Shown: positions 11,801 through 23,444 of the stretch, one piece after another
Position numbering within the stretch: position 1 is the first letter of the stretch
Layout: each line of letters opens with the position of its first letter
DNA from: the human T2T-CHM13v2.0 reference genome, Homo sapiens
DNA: 64,000 nucleotides
NCBI RefSeq assembly: GCF_009914755.1
Contig: NC_060930.1
Direction: 5' to 3' (one strand)
The notes under the pieces: model-generated
What the model saw: only the letters and a program-made list of their open reading frames with translations
What the model was told of the DNA's origin: nothing
Databases searched by the model: none
Position numbers and translations under genes: made by a program

Positions 11801-14800
11801 TGCATGTGTATATTTAGAGCGCATTGAAGCCCACAGTAGAAAAGGAAATAACTTCACCTAAAACCTAGACAGAAGCAATCTCAGAAACTACTTTGTGATG
11901 TGTACATTCAACTCACAGAGTGGAACTTTCCTCTTTATAGAGCAGTGTTGAAACACTCTTTTTGTAGAAACTGCAAGTGGATATTTGGACCTCTTTGAGG
12001 CCTTCGTTGGAAACGGGATTTCTTCCTATAACCCTAGACAGAAGAATTTTCAGAAACCTCATTGTGATGTGTGCGTTCATCTCACAGAGTGGAGTCTTCC
12101 GTTTGATAGAGAAGTTTTGAAACCCTGTTCTTGTAGGATTTCCAAGTGGATATTTAGACCACTTTGAAGCCTATGATAGAAAAGGAAACATCTTCATGGA
12201 AAACATAGATAGAATCATCCTCAGAAACAACTTTGTGATGTGTGCGTTGAACTCACCGTCTTTAACCTTTCTTTTGGTAGAGAAGTTTTGAAACACTCTC
12301 TTTGTAAAGTCTACAAGTGGATATTTTGAGCCCTTGGAGGCATTCTTTGGAAAAGGGAATGTCTTCACATAAAAGGCAGACGGAAGTGTTCTCAGAAACT
12401 GCTTTGTGATGTCTGTGTTCAACTCACAGAGTTTAACATTTCCTTTGATAGAGCGGTTTAGTAACCCTCTCTTTGTAGAATTTGGAAGTGTATACTAAGA
12501 GCGCTTTGAGGCCTATGGTAGAAAAGGAAATATCTTTCCATAAAAGCTAGACAGAAGCAATCTCAGAAACTCCTTTGCGATGTCTGCATTCAACTCACCG
12601 AGTGGAACATTCCTCTTGAGAGAGCAGTTTGGAAACACTCTTTCTGTAGAATCAGCTTGTTTGTATTTGGACCTCCTTGAGGCCTTCGTTGGAAACGGGT
12701 TTTCATCTTATAAACCCAGACAGAAGAATTCTCAGAGTCTTCTTTGTGATGTGTGCTTTCAACTCACCGAGATAAAGATTTCTCTTGATAGAGCAATTTG
12801 GAAACACTCTTTTTGTAGAATTTGCAAGGGTACATTGAGAGCGCTTTCAGGCCTATGGTAGAAAAGGGAATATCTTTCCATAAAAGGTAGACAGAAGCAA
12901 TCTCAGAAACTACTTTGTGATGTGTGCATTCAACTCACCGAGTGCAACGTTCCTCTTGACCGAGCAGTTTGGAAACATTGTTTCTGTAGAATCTGCAAGT
13001 GGATATTTGGACCTCTTTGAGGCCTTCGTTGGAAACGGGATTTCTTCCTATAAACCCAGACAGAAGAATTCTCAGAGACTTCTTTGTGATGTGTGAATTC
13101 AACTCACAGTGTGGATCCTTCCTTTTGATAGAGCAGTTTTGAAACCCTGTTTTTGTAGTATTTCCAAGCGGATATTTGGAACGCCTTGAAGCGTATGGTA
13201 GAAAAGGAAATATCTTCCCATAAAACCTAGACAGAACCAATCTCAGAAACGACTTTGTGATGTCTGCATTCAAGTCACAGAGTTGAACATTTCTCTTGAT
13301 AGAGCAGTTTTGAAACCCTCTTTCTGAAGGATCTGCAAGTGGATATTTGGAACTCCTTTGGGTCTTCGTTGGAAACGGGATTTCTTCGTATAAATCTAGA
13401 CAGAAGAATTCTCCGAAACTTCTTTGGTTGTGTGCATTCAAGTCACAGAGTGGAACCTTCCTTTGGATAGAGCAGTTTGAAACGCCGTGGTTGTAGTATT
13501 TCCAAGCGGATATTAGAGCGCCTTGAGGCCTATGGTAGAAAAGGAAATATCTTCCCATAAAACCTAGACGGAAGCAATCTCAGAAACTACTGTGTGATGG
13601 CTGCATTCCACACACACGGTGGAACATTTCTCTTGATAGAGCAGTTTTGAAACACTCTTTCTGTAGAATCTGCAAGTGGATAATTGGACCGCCTTGAGGC
13701 CTTCGTTGGAAACGGGATTTCTTCATGTTACTCTAGATAGAAGAATTCTCAAACACTGCTATGTGATGTTTGCATTCAAGTCACAGAGTGCAACATTCCT
13801 CTTGGTAGAGCAGTTGGGAAACACTCCTTTTGTAGAATCTGCAATGGGATATTTGGACTTCTTTGAGGCCTTCGTTGGAAACGGGATTTCTTCGTATGAA
13901 TCTAGACAGAAGAATTCTCAGAAACTTCCTTGTGATGTGTGCATTCAACTCAGCGAGTGGCACCTTCCTTTGGATACAGCAGTTTTGAAACACTGTTTTT
14001 GTAGTATTTCCAAGCGGATATTTAGAGCGCCTTGAAGCCTATGCTAGAAATGGAAATATCTCCCCATAAAACCAAGACAGAAGCAATCTCAGAAACTAAT
14101 GTGTGATGGCTGCATTCCACACACACGGTGGACCATTTCTCTTGATAGAGCAGTTTTGAAACACTCTTTCTGTAGAATCTGCAAGTGGATAATTGGACCT
14201 CCTAGAGGCCTTCGTTGGAAACGGGATTTCTTCATCTAAACCTACAGAGAAGAATTCTCAGTAACTTCTTCGGATGTGTGCATTCGACGCACAGAATGGA
14301 ACATTCCCTTTGATAGAGCAGTTTTGAGACACCGTTTTTGTAGAATTCCCAAGTGGATATTTAGAGCACTTTGAAGTCTCTGCTAGAAAAGGAAACATCT
14401 TCATGTAAAAAGTAGATAGAATCGTTCTCAGAAAGTGCTTAGTGACGTGTGCGTTCAACTCACAGAGTTTAACGTTTCTTTTGATAGAGCGTTTCTGAAA
14501 CACCCTTCTTGTAGTAGCTGCAAGTGGATATTTGGACCTATTGGAGGCCTTCTTTGGAAATGGGATTTCTTCATGTAACTCTAGATTGAAGAGTTCTCAG
14601 AAACTCCTTTGTGATGTGTGCATTCAATTCAAAGAGTGAAACCTCCCTTTTCACAGAGCAGTTTTGAAACACTGTTTTTGTAGGATTTCCAAGGGGATAT
14701 TTATAGCGCATTGAGCCTACGGCGGAAAAAGAAACATCTTCCTATAAAAACTAGACAGAATACTTCTCAGAATCTGCTTTGCGATGTGTGCGTTCAACTC

Positions 14801-15285
14801 ACAGAGTAAAACTTTTCTTTTGATAGAGCAGTTTTGAAACACTCTTTTTGTAGTATTTGCATGTGTATATTTAGAGCGCATTGAAGCCCACAGTAGAAAA
14901 GGAAATAACTTCACCTAAAACCTAGACAGAAGCAATCTCAGAAACTACTTTGTGATGTGTACATTCAACTCACAGAGTGGAACTTTCCTCTTTATAGAGC
15001 AGTGTTGAAACACTCTTTTTGTAGAAACTGCAAGTGGATATTTGGACCTCTTTGAGGCCTTCGTTGGAAACGGGATTTCTTCCTATAACCCTAGACAGAA
15101 GAATTTTCAGAAACCTCATTGTGATGTGTGCGTTCATCTCACAGAGTGGAGTCTTCCGTTTGATAGAGAAGTTTTGAAACCCTGTTCTTGTAGGATTTCC
15201 AAGTGGATATTTAGACCACTTTGAAGCCTATGATAGAAAAGGAAACATCTTCATGGAAAACATAGATAGAATCATCCTCAGAAAC

Positions 15286-17836
15286 AACTTTGTGATGTGT
15301 GCGTTGAACTCACCGTCTTTAACCTTTCTTTTGGTAGAGAAGTTTTGAAACACTCTCTTTGTAAAGTCTACAAGTGGATATTTTGAGCCCTTGGAGGCAT
15401 TCTTTGGAAAAGGGAATGTCTTCACATAAAAGGCAGACGGAAGTGTTCTCAGAAACTGCTTTGTGATGTCTGTGTTCAACTCACAGAGTTTAACATTTCC
15501 TTTGATAGAGCGGTTTAGTAACCCTCTCTTTGTAGAATTTGGAAGTGTATACTAAGAGCGCTTTGAGGCCTATGGTAGAAAAGGAAATATCTTTCCATAA
15601 AAGCTAGACAGAAGCAATCTCAGAAACTCCTCTGTGATGTCTGCATTCAACTCACCGAGTGGAACATTCCTCTTGAGAGAGCAGTTTGGAAACACTCTTT
15701 CTGTAGAATCAGCTTGTTTGTATTTGGACCTCCTTGAGGCCTTCGTTGGAAACGGGTTTTCATCTTATAAACCCAGACAGAAGAATTCTCAGAGTCTTCT
15801 TTGTGATGTGTGCTTTCAACTCACCGAGATAAAGATTTCTCTTGATAGAGCAATTTGGAAACACTCTTTTTGTAGAATTTGCAAGGGTACATTGAGAGCG
15901 CTTTCAGGCCTATGGTAGAAAAGGGAATATCTTTCCATAAAAGGTAGACAGAAGCAATCTCAGAAACTACTTTGTGATGTGTGCATTCAACTCACCGAGT
16001 GCAACGTTCCTCTTGACCGAGCAGTTTGGAAACATTGTTTCTGTAGAATCTGCAAGTGGATATTTGGACCTCTTTGAGGCCTTCGTTGGAAACGGGATTT
16101 CTTCCTATAAACCCAGACAGAAGAATTCTCAGAGACTTCTTTGTGATGTGTGAATTCAACTCACAGTGTGGATCCTTCCTTTTGATAGAGCAGTTTTGAA
16201 ACCCTGTTTTTGTAGTATTTCCAAGCGGATATTTGGAACGCCTTGAAGCGTATGGTAGAAAAGGAAATATCTTCCCATAAAACCTAGACAGAACCAATCT
16301 CAGAAACGACTTTGTGATGTCTGCATTCAAGTCACAGAGTTGAACATTTCTCTTGATAGAGCAGTTTTGAAACCCTCTTTCTGAAGGATCTGCAAGTGGA
16401 TATTTGGAACTCCTTTGGGTCTTCGTTGGAAACGGGATTTCTTCGTATAAATCTAGACAGAAGAATTCTCAGAAACTTCCTTGTGATGTGTGCATTCAAC
16501 TCAGCGAGTGGCACCTTCCTTTGGATACAGCAGTTTTGAAACACTGTTTTTGTAGTATTTCCAAGCGGATATTTAGAGCGCCTTGAAGCCTATGCTAGAA
16601 ATGTAAATATCTCCCCATAAAACCAAGACGGAAGCAATCTCAGAAACTAATGTGTGATGGCTGCATTCCACACACACGGTGGACCATTTCTCTTGATAGA
16701 GCAGTTTTGAAACACTCTTTCTGTAGAATCTGCAAGTGGATAATTGGACCTCCGAGAGGCCTTCGTTGGAAACGGGATTTCTTCATCTAAACCTACAGAG
16801 AAGTATTCTCAGTAACTTCTTCGGATGTGTGCATTCGACGCACAGAATGGAACATTCCCTTTGATAGAGCAGTTTTGAGACACCGTTTTTGTAGAATTCC
16901 CCAGTGGATATTTAGAGCACTTTGAAGTCTCTGCTAGAAAAGGAAACATCATCATGTAAAAAGTAGATAGAATCGTTCTCAGAAAGTGCTTAGTGTCGTG
17001 TGCGTTCAACTCACAGAGTTTAACGTTTCTTTTGATAGAGCGTTTCTGAAACACCCTTCTTGTAGTAGCTGCAAGTGGATATTTGGACCTATTGGAGGCC
17101 TTCTTTGGAAATGGGATTTCTTCATGTAACTCTAGATTGAAGAATTCTCAGAAACTCCTTTGTGATGTGTGCATTCAATTCAAAGAGTGAAACCTCCCTT
17201 TTCACAGAGCAGTTTTGAAACACTGTTTTTGTAGGATTTCCAAGGGGATATTTATAGCGCATTGAGCCTACGGCGGAAAAAGAAACATCTTCCTATAAAA
17301 ACTAGAGAGAATACTTCTCAGAATCTGCTTTGCGATGTGTGCGTTCAACTCACAGAGTAAAACTTTTCTTTTGATAGAGCAGTTTTGAAACACTCTTTTT
17401 GTAGTATTTGCATGTGTATATTTAGAGCGCATTGAAGCCCACAGTAGAAAAGGAAATAACTTCACCTAAAACCTAGACAGAAGCAATCTCAGAAACTACT
17501 TTGTGATGTGTACATTCAACTCACAGAGTGGAACTTTCCTCTTTATAGAGCAGTGTTGAAACACTCTTTTTGTAGAAACTGCAAGTGGATATTTGGACCT
17601 CTTTGAGGCCTTCGTTGGAAACGGGATTTCTTCCTATAACCCTAGACAGAAGAATTTTCAGAAACCTCATTGTGATGTGTGCGTTCATCTCACAGAGTGG
17701 AGTCTTCCGTTTGATAGAGAAGTTTTGAAACCCTGTTCTTGTAGGATTTCCAAGTGGATATTTAGACCACTTTGAAGCCTATGATAGAAAAGGAAACATC
17801 TTCATGGAAAACATAGATGGAATCATCCTCAGAAAC
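15286..17836 (+). repeat. 15-mer HOR variant (2,551 bp; U6), lacking 506 bp (3 monomers)
   Basis: Marker spacing drops to 2,551 bp (15637 to 18188). The hybrid junction tataaatctagacagaagaattctcagaaacttccttg joins rel 1185 to rel 1692; the breakpoint lies within 16450-16470. Confidence 0.95.
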
Positions 17837-20800
17837 AACTTTGTGATGTGTGCGTTGAACTCACCGTCTTTAACCTTTCTTTTGGTAGAGAAGTTTTGAA
17901 ACACTCTCTTTGTAAAGTCTACAAGTGGATATTTTGAGCCCTTGGAGGCATTCTTTGGAAAAGGGAATGTCTTCACATAAAAGGCAGACGGAAGTGTTCT
18001 CAGAAACTGCTTTGTGATGTCTGTGTTCAACTCACAGAGTTTAACATTTCCTTTGATAGAGCGGTTTAGTAACCCTCTCTTTGTAGAATTTGGAAGTGTA
18101 TACTAAGAGCGCTTTGAGGCCTATGGTAGAAAAGGAAATATCTTTCCATAAAAGCTAGACAGAAGCAATCTCAGAAACTCCTTTGCGATGTCTGCATTCA
18201 ACTCACCGAGTGGAACATTCCTCTTGAGAGAGCAGTTTGGAAACACTCTTTCTGTAGAATCAGCTTGTTTGTATTTGGACCTCCTTGAGGCCTTCGTTGG
18301 AAACGGGTTTTCATCTTATAAACCCAGACAGAAGAATTCTCAGAGTCTTCTTTGTGATGTGTGCTTTCAACTCACCGAGATAAAGATTTCTCTTGATAGA
18401 GCAATTTGGAAACACTCTTTTTGTAGAATTTGCAAGGGTACATTGAGAGCGCTTTCAGGCCTATGGTAGAAAAGGGAATATCTTTCCATAAAAGGTAGAC
18501 AGAAGCAATCTCAGAAACTACTTTGTGATGTGTGCATTCAACTCACCGAGTGCAACGTTCCTCTTGACCGAGCAGTTTGGAAACATTGTTTCTGTAGAAT
18601 CTGCAAGTGGATATTTGGACCTCTTTGAGGCCTTCGTTGGAAACGGGATTTCTTCCTATAAACCCAGACAGAAGAATTCTCAGAGACTTCTTTGTGATGT
18701 GTGAATTCAACTCACAGTGTGGATCCTTCCTTTTGATAGAGCAGTTTTGAAACCCTGTTTTTGTAGTATTTCCAAGCGGATATTTGGAACGCCTTGAAGC
18801 GTATGGTAGAAAAGGAAATATCTTCCCATAAAACCTAGACAGAACCAATCTCAGAAACGACTTTGTGATGTCTGCATTCAAGTCACAGAGTTGAACATTT
18901 CTCTTGATAGAGCAGTTTTGAAACCCTCTTTCTGAAGGATCTGCAAGTGGATATTTGGAACTCCTTTGGGTCTTCGTTGGAAACGGGATTTCTTCGTATA
19001 AATCTAGACAGAAGAATTCTCCGAAACTTCTTTGGTTGTGTGCATTCAAGTCACAGAGTGGAACCTTCCTTTGGATAGAGCAGTTTGAAACGCCGTGGTT
19101 GTAGTATTTCCAAGCGGATATTAGAGCGCCTTGAGGCCTATGGTAGAAAAGGAAATATCTTCCCATAAAACCTAGACGGAAGCAATCTCAGAAACTACTG
19201 TGTGATGGCTGCATTCCACACACACGGTGGAACATTTCTCTTGATAGAGCAGTTTTGAAACACTCTTTCTGTAGAATCTGCAAGTGGATAATTGGACCGC
19301 CTTGAGGCCTTCGTTGGAAACGGGATTTCTTCATGTTACTCTAGATAGAAGAATTCTCAAACACTGCTATGTGATGTTTGCATTCAAGTCACAGAGTGCA
19401 ACATTCCTCTTGGTAGAGCAGTTGGGAAACACTCCTTTTGTAGAATCTGCAATGGGATATTTGGACTTCTTTGAGGCCTTCGTTGGAAACGGGATTTCTT
19501 CGTATGAATCTAGACAGAAGAATTCTCAGAAACTTCCTTGTGATGTGTGCATTCAACTCAGCGAGTGGCACCTTCCTTTGGATACAGCAGTTTTGAAACA
19601 CTGTTTTTGTAGTATTTCCAAGCGGATATTTAGAGCGCCTTGAAGCCTATGCTAGAAATGGAAATATCTCCCCATAAAACCAAGACAGAAGCAATCTCAG
19701 AAACTAATGTGTGATGGCTGCATTCCACACACACGGTGGACCATTTCTCTTGATAGAGCAGTTTTGAAACACTCTTTCTGTAGAATCTGCAAGTGGATAA
19801 TTGGACCTCCTAGAGGCCTTCGTTGGAAACGGGATTTCTTCATCTAAACCTACAGAGAAGAATTCTCAGTAACTTCTTCGGATGTGTGCATTCGACGCAC
19901 AGAATGGAACATTCCCTTTGATAGAGCAGTTTTGAGACACCGTTTTTGTAGAATTCCCAAGTGGATATTTAGAGCACTTTGAAGTCTCTGCTAGAAAAGG
20001 AAACATCTTCATGTAAAAAGTAGATAGAATCGTTCTCAGAAAGTGCTTAGTGACGTGTGCGTTCAACTCACAGAGTTTAACGTTTCTTTTGATAGAGCGT
20101 TTCTGAAACACCCTTCTTGTAGTAGCTGCAAGTGGATATTTGGACCTATTGGAGGCCTTCTTTGGAAACGGGATTTCTTCATGTAACTCTAGATTGAAGA
20201 ATTCTCAGAAACTCCTTTGTGATGTGTGCATTCAATTCAAAGAGTGAAACCTCCCTTTTCACAGAGCAGTTTTGAAACACTGTTTTTGTAGGATTTCCAA
20301 GGGGATATTTATAGCGCATTGAGCCTACGGCGGAAAAAGAAACATCTTCCTATAAAAACTAGACAGAATACTTCTCAGAATCTGCTTTGCGATGTGTGCG
20401 TTCAACTCACAGAGTAAAACTTTTCTTTTGATAGAGCAGTTTTGAAACACTCTTTTTGTAGTATTTGCATGTGTATATTTAGAGCGCATTGAAGCCCACA
20501 GTAGAAAAGGAAATAACTTCACCTAAAACCTAGACAGAAGCAATCTCAGAAACTACTTTGTGATGTGTACATTCAACTCACAGAGTGGAACTTTCCTCTT
20601 TATAGAGCAGTGTTGAAACACTCTTTTTGTAGAAACTGCAAGTGGATATTTGGACCTCTTTGAGGCCTTCGTTGGAAACGGGATTTCTTCCTATAACCCT
20701 AGACAGAAGAATTTTCAGAAACCTCATTGTGATGTGTGCGTTCATCTCACAGAGTGGAGTCTTCCGTTTGATAGAGAAGTTTTGAAACCCTGTTCTTGTA

Positions 20801-20893
20801 GGATTTCCAAGTGGATATTTAGACCACTTTGAAGCCTATGATAGAAAAGGAAACATCTTCATGGAAAACATAGATAGAATCATCCTCAGAAAC
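17837..20893 (+). repeat. Full-length 18-mer HOR unit (U7) between two 15-mers
   Basis: 3,057 bp spacing (18188 to 21245); contains the ttctccgaaacttctttggttg monomer that is missing from the 15-mers. Confidence 0.95.
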
Positions 20894-23444
20894 AACTTTG
20901 TGATGTGTGCGTTGAACTCACCGTCTTTAACCTTTCTTTTGGTAGAGAAGTTTTGAAACACTCTCTTTGTAAAGTCTACAAGTGGATATTTTGAGCCCTT
21001 GGAGGCATTCTTTGGAAAAGGGAATGTCTTCACATAAAAGGCAGACGGAAGTGTTCTCAGAAACTGCTTTGTGATGTCTGTGTTCAACTCACAGAGTTTA
21101 ACATTTCCTTTGATAGAGCGGTTTAGTAACCCTCTCTTTGTAGAATTTGGAAGTGTATACTAAGAGCGCTTTGAGGCCTATGGTAGAAAAGGAAATATCT
21201 TTCCATAAAAGCTAGACAGAAGCAATCTCAGAAACTCCTTTGTGATGTCTGCATTCAACTCACCGAGTGGAACATTCCTCTTGAGAGAGCAGTTTGGAAA
21301 CACTCTTTCTGTAGAATCAGCTTGTTTGTATTTGGACCTCCTTGAGGCCTTCGTTGGAAACGGGTTTTCATCTTATAAACCCAGACAGAAGAATTCTCAG
21401 AGTCTTCTTTGTGATGTGTGCTTTCAACTCACCGAGATAAAGATTTCTCTTGATAGAGCAATTTGGAAACACTCTTTTTGTAGAATTTGCAAGGGTACAT
21501 TGAGAGCGCTTTCAGGCCTATGGTAGAAAAGGGAATATCTTTCCATAAAAGGTAGACAGAAGCAATCTCAGAAACTACTTTGTGATGTGTGCATTCAACT
21601 CACCGAGTGCAACGTTCCTCTTGACCGAGCAGTTTGGAAACATTGTTTCTGTAGAATCTGCAAGTGGATATTTGGACCTCTTTGAGGCCTTCGTTGGAAA
21701 CGGGATTTCTTCCTATAAACCCAGACAGAAGAATTCTCAGAGACTTCTTTGTGATGTGTGAATTCAACTCACAGTGTGGATCCTTCCTTTTGATAGAGCA
21801 GTTTTGAAACCCTGTTTTTGTAGTATTTCCAAGCGGATATTTGGAACGCCTTGAAGCGTATGGTAGAAAAGGAAATATCTTCCCATAAAACCTAGACAGA
21901 ACCAATCTCAGAAACGACTTTGTGATGTCTGCATTCAAGTCACAGAGTTGAACATTTCTCTTGATAGAGCAGTTTTGAAACCCTCTTTCTGAAGGATCTG
22001 CAAGTGGATATTTGGAACTCCTTTGGGTCTTCGTTGGAAACGGGATTTCTTCGTATAAATCTAGACAGAAGAATTCTCAGAAACTTCCTTGTGATGTGTG
22101 CATTCAACTCAGCGAGTGGCACCTTCCTTTGGATACAGCAGTTTTGAAACACTGTTTTTGTAGTATTTCCAAGCGGATATTTAGAGCGCCTTGAAGCCTA
22201 TGCTAGAAATGGAAATATCTCCCCATAAAACCAAGACGGAAGCAATCTCAGAAACTAATGTGTGATGGCTGCATTCCACACACACGGTGGACCATTTCTC
22301 TTGATAGAGCAGTTTTGAAACACTCTTTCTGTAGAATCTGCAAGTGGATAATTGGACCTCCGAGAGGCCTTCGTTGGAAACGGGATTTCTTCATCTAAAC
22401 CTACAGAGAAGTATTCTCAGTAACTTCTTCGGATGTGTGCATTCGACGCACAGAATGGAACATTCCCTTTGATAGAGCAGTTTTGAGACACCGTTTTTGT
22501 AGAATTCCCAAGTGGATATTTAGAGCACTTTGAAGTCTCTGCTAGAAAAGGAAACATCATCATGTAAAAAGTAGATAGAATCGTTCTCAGAAAGTGCTTA
22601 GTGTCGTGTGCGTTCAACTGACAGAGTTTAACGTTTCTTTTGATAGAGCGTTTCTGAAACACCCTTCTTGTAGTAGCTGCAAGTGGATATTTGGACCTAT
22701 TGGAGGCCTTCTTTGGAAACGGGATTTCTTCATGTAACTCTAGATTGAAGAATTCTCAGAAACTCCTTTGTGATGTGTGCATTCAATTCAAAGAGTGAAA
22801 CCTCTCTTTTCACAGAGCAGTTTTGAAACACTGTTTTTGTAGGATTTCCAAGGGGATATTTATAGCGCATTGAGCCTACGGCGGAAAAAGAAACATCTTC
22901 CTATAAAAACTAGACAGAATACTTCTCAGAATCTGCTTTGCGATGTGTGCGTTCAACTCACAGAGTAAAACTTTTCTTTTGATAGAGCAGTTTTGAAACA
23001 CTCTTTTTGTAGTATTTGCATGTGTATATTTAGAGCGCATTGAAGCCCACAGTAGAAAAGGAAATAACTTCACCTAAAACCTAGACAGAAGCAATCTCAG
23101 AAACTACTTTGTGATGTGTACATTCAACTCACAGAGTGGAACTTTCCTCTTTATAGAGCAGTGTTGAAACACTCTTTTTGTAGAAACTGCAAGTGGATAT
23201 TTGGACCTCTTTGAGGCCTTCGTTGGAAACGGGATTTCTTCCTATAACCCTAGACAGAAGAATTTTCAGAAACCTCATTGTGATGTGTGCGTTCATCTCA
23301 CAGAGTGGAGTCTTCCGTTTGATAGAGAAGTTTTGAAACCCTGTTCTTGTAGGATTTCCAAGTGGATATTTAGACCACTTTGAAGCCTATGATAGAAAAG
23401 GAAACATCTTCATGGAAAACATAGATAGAATCATCCTCAGAAAC
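20894..23444 (+). repeat. 15-mer HOR variant (U8)
   Basis: 2,551 bp spacing (21245 to 23796); same hybrid junction, breakpoint within 22058-22078. Confidence 0.95.

Larger units (their letters stand above)
1..15285 (+). repeat. Five tandem full-length 18-mer HOR units (U1-U5; starts 1, 3058, 6115, 9172, 12229)
   Basis: The motif aactttgtgatgtgtgcgttgaactcaccg recurs every 3,057 bp; ORF offsets are constant. Confidence 0.95.

Noticed and set aside
16332-16586. New chimeric ORFs appearing only in the 15-mer units
   Set aside because: They are a by-product of the 506 bp deletion junction, with no evidence of coding function.
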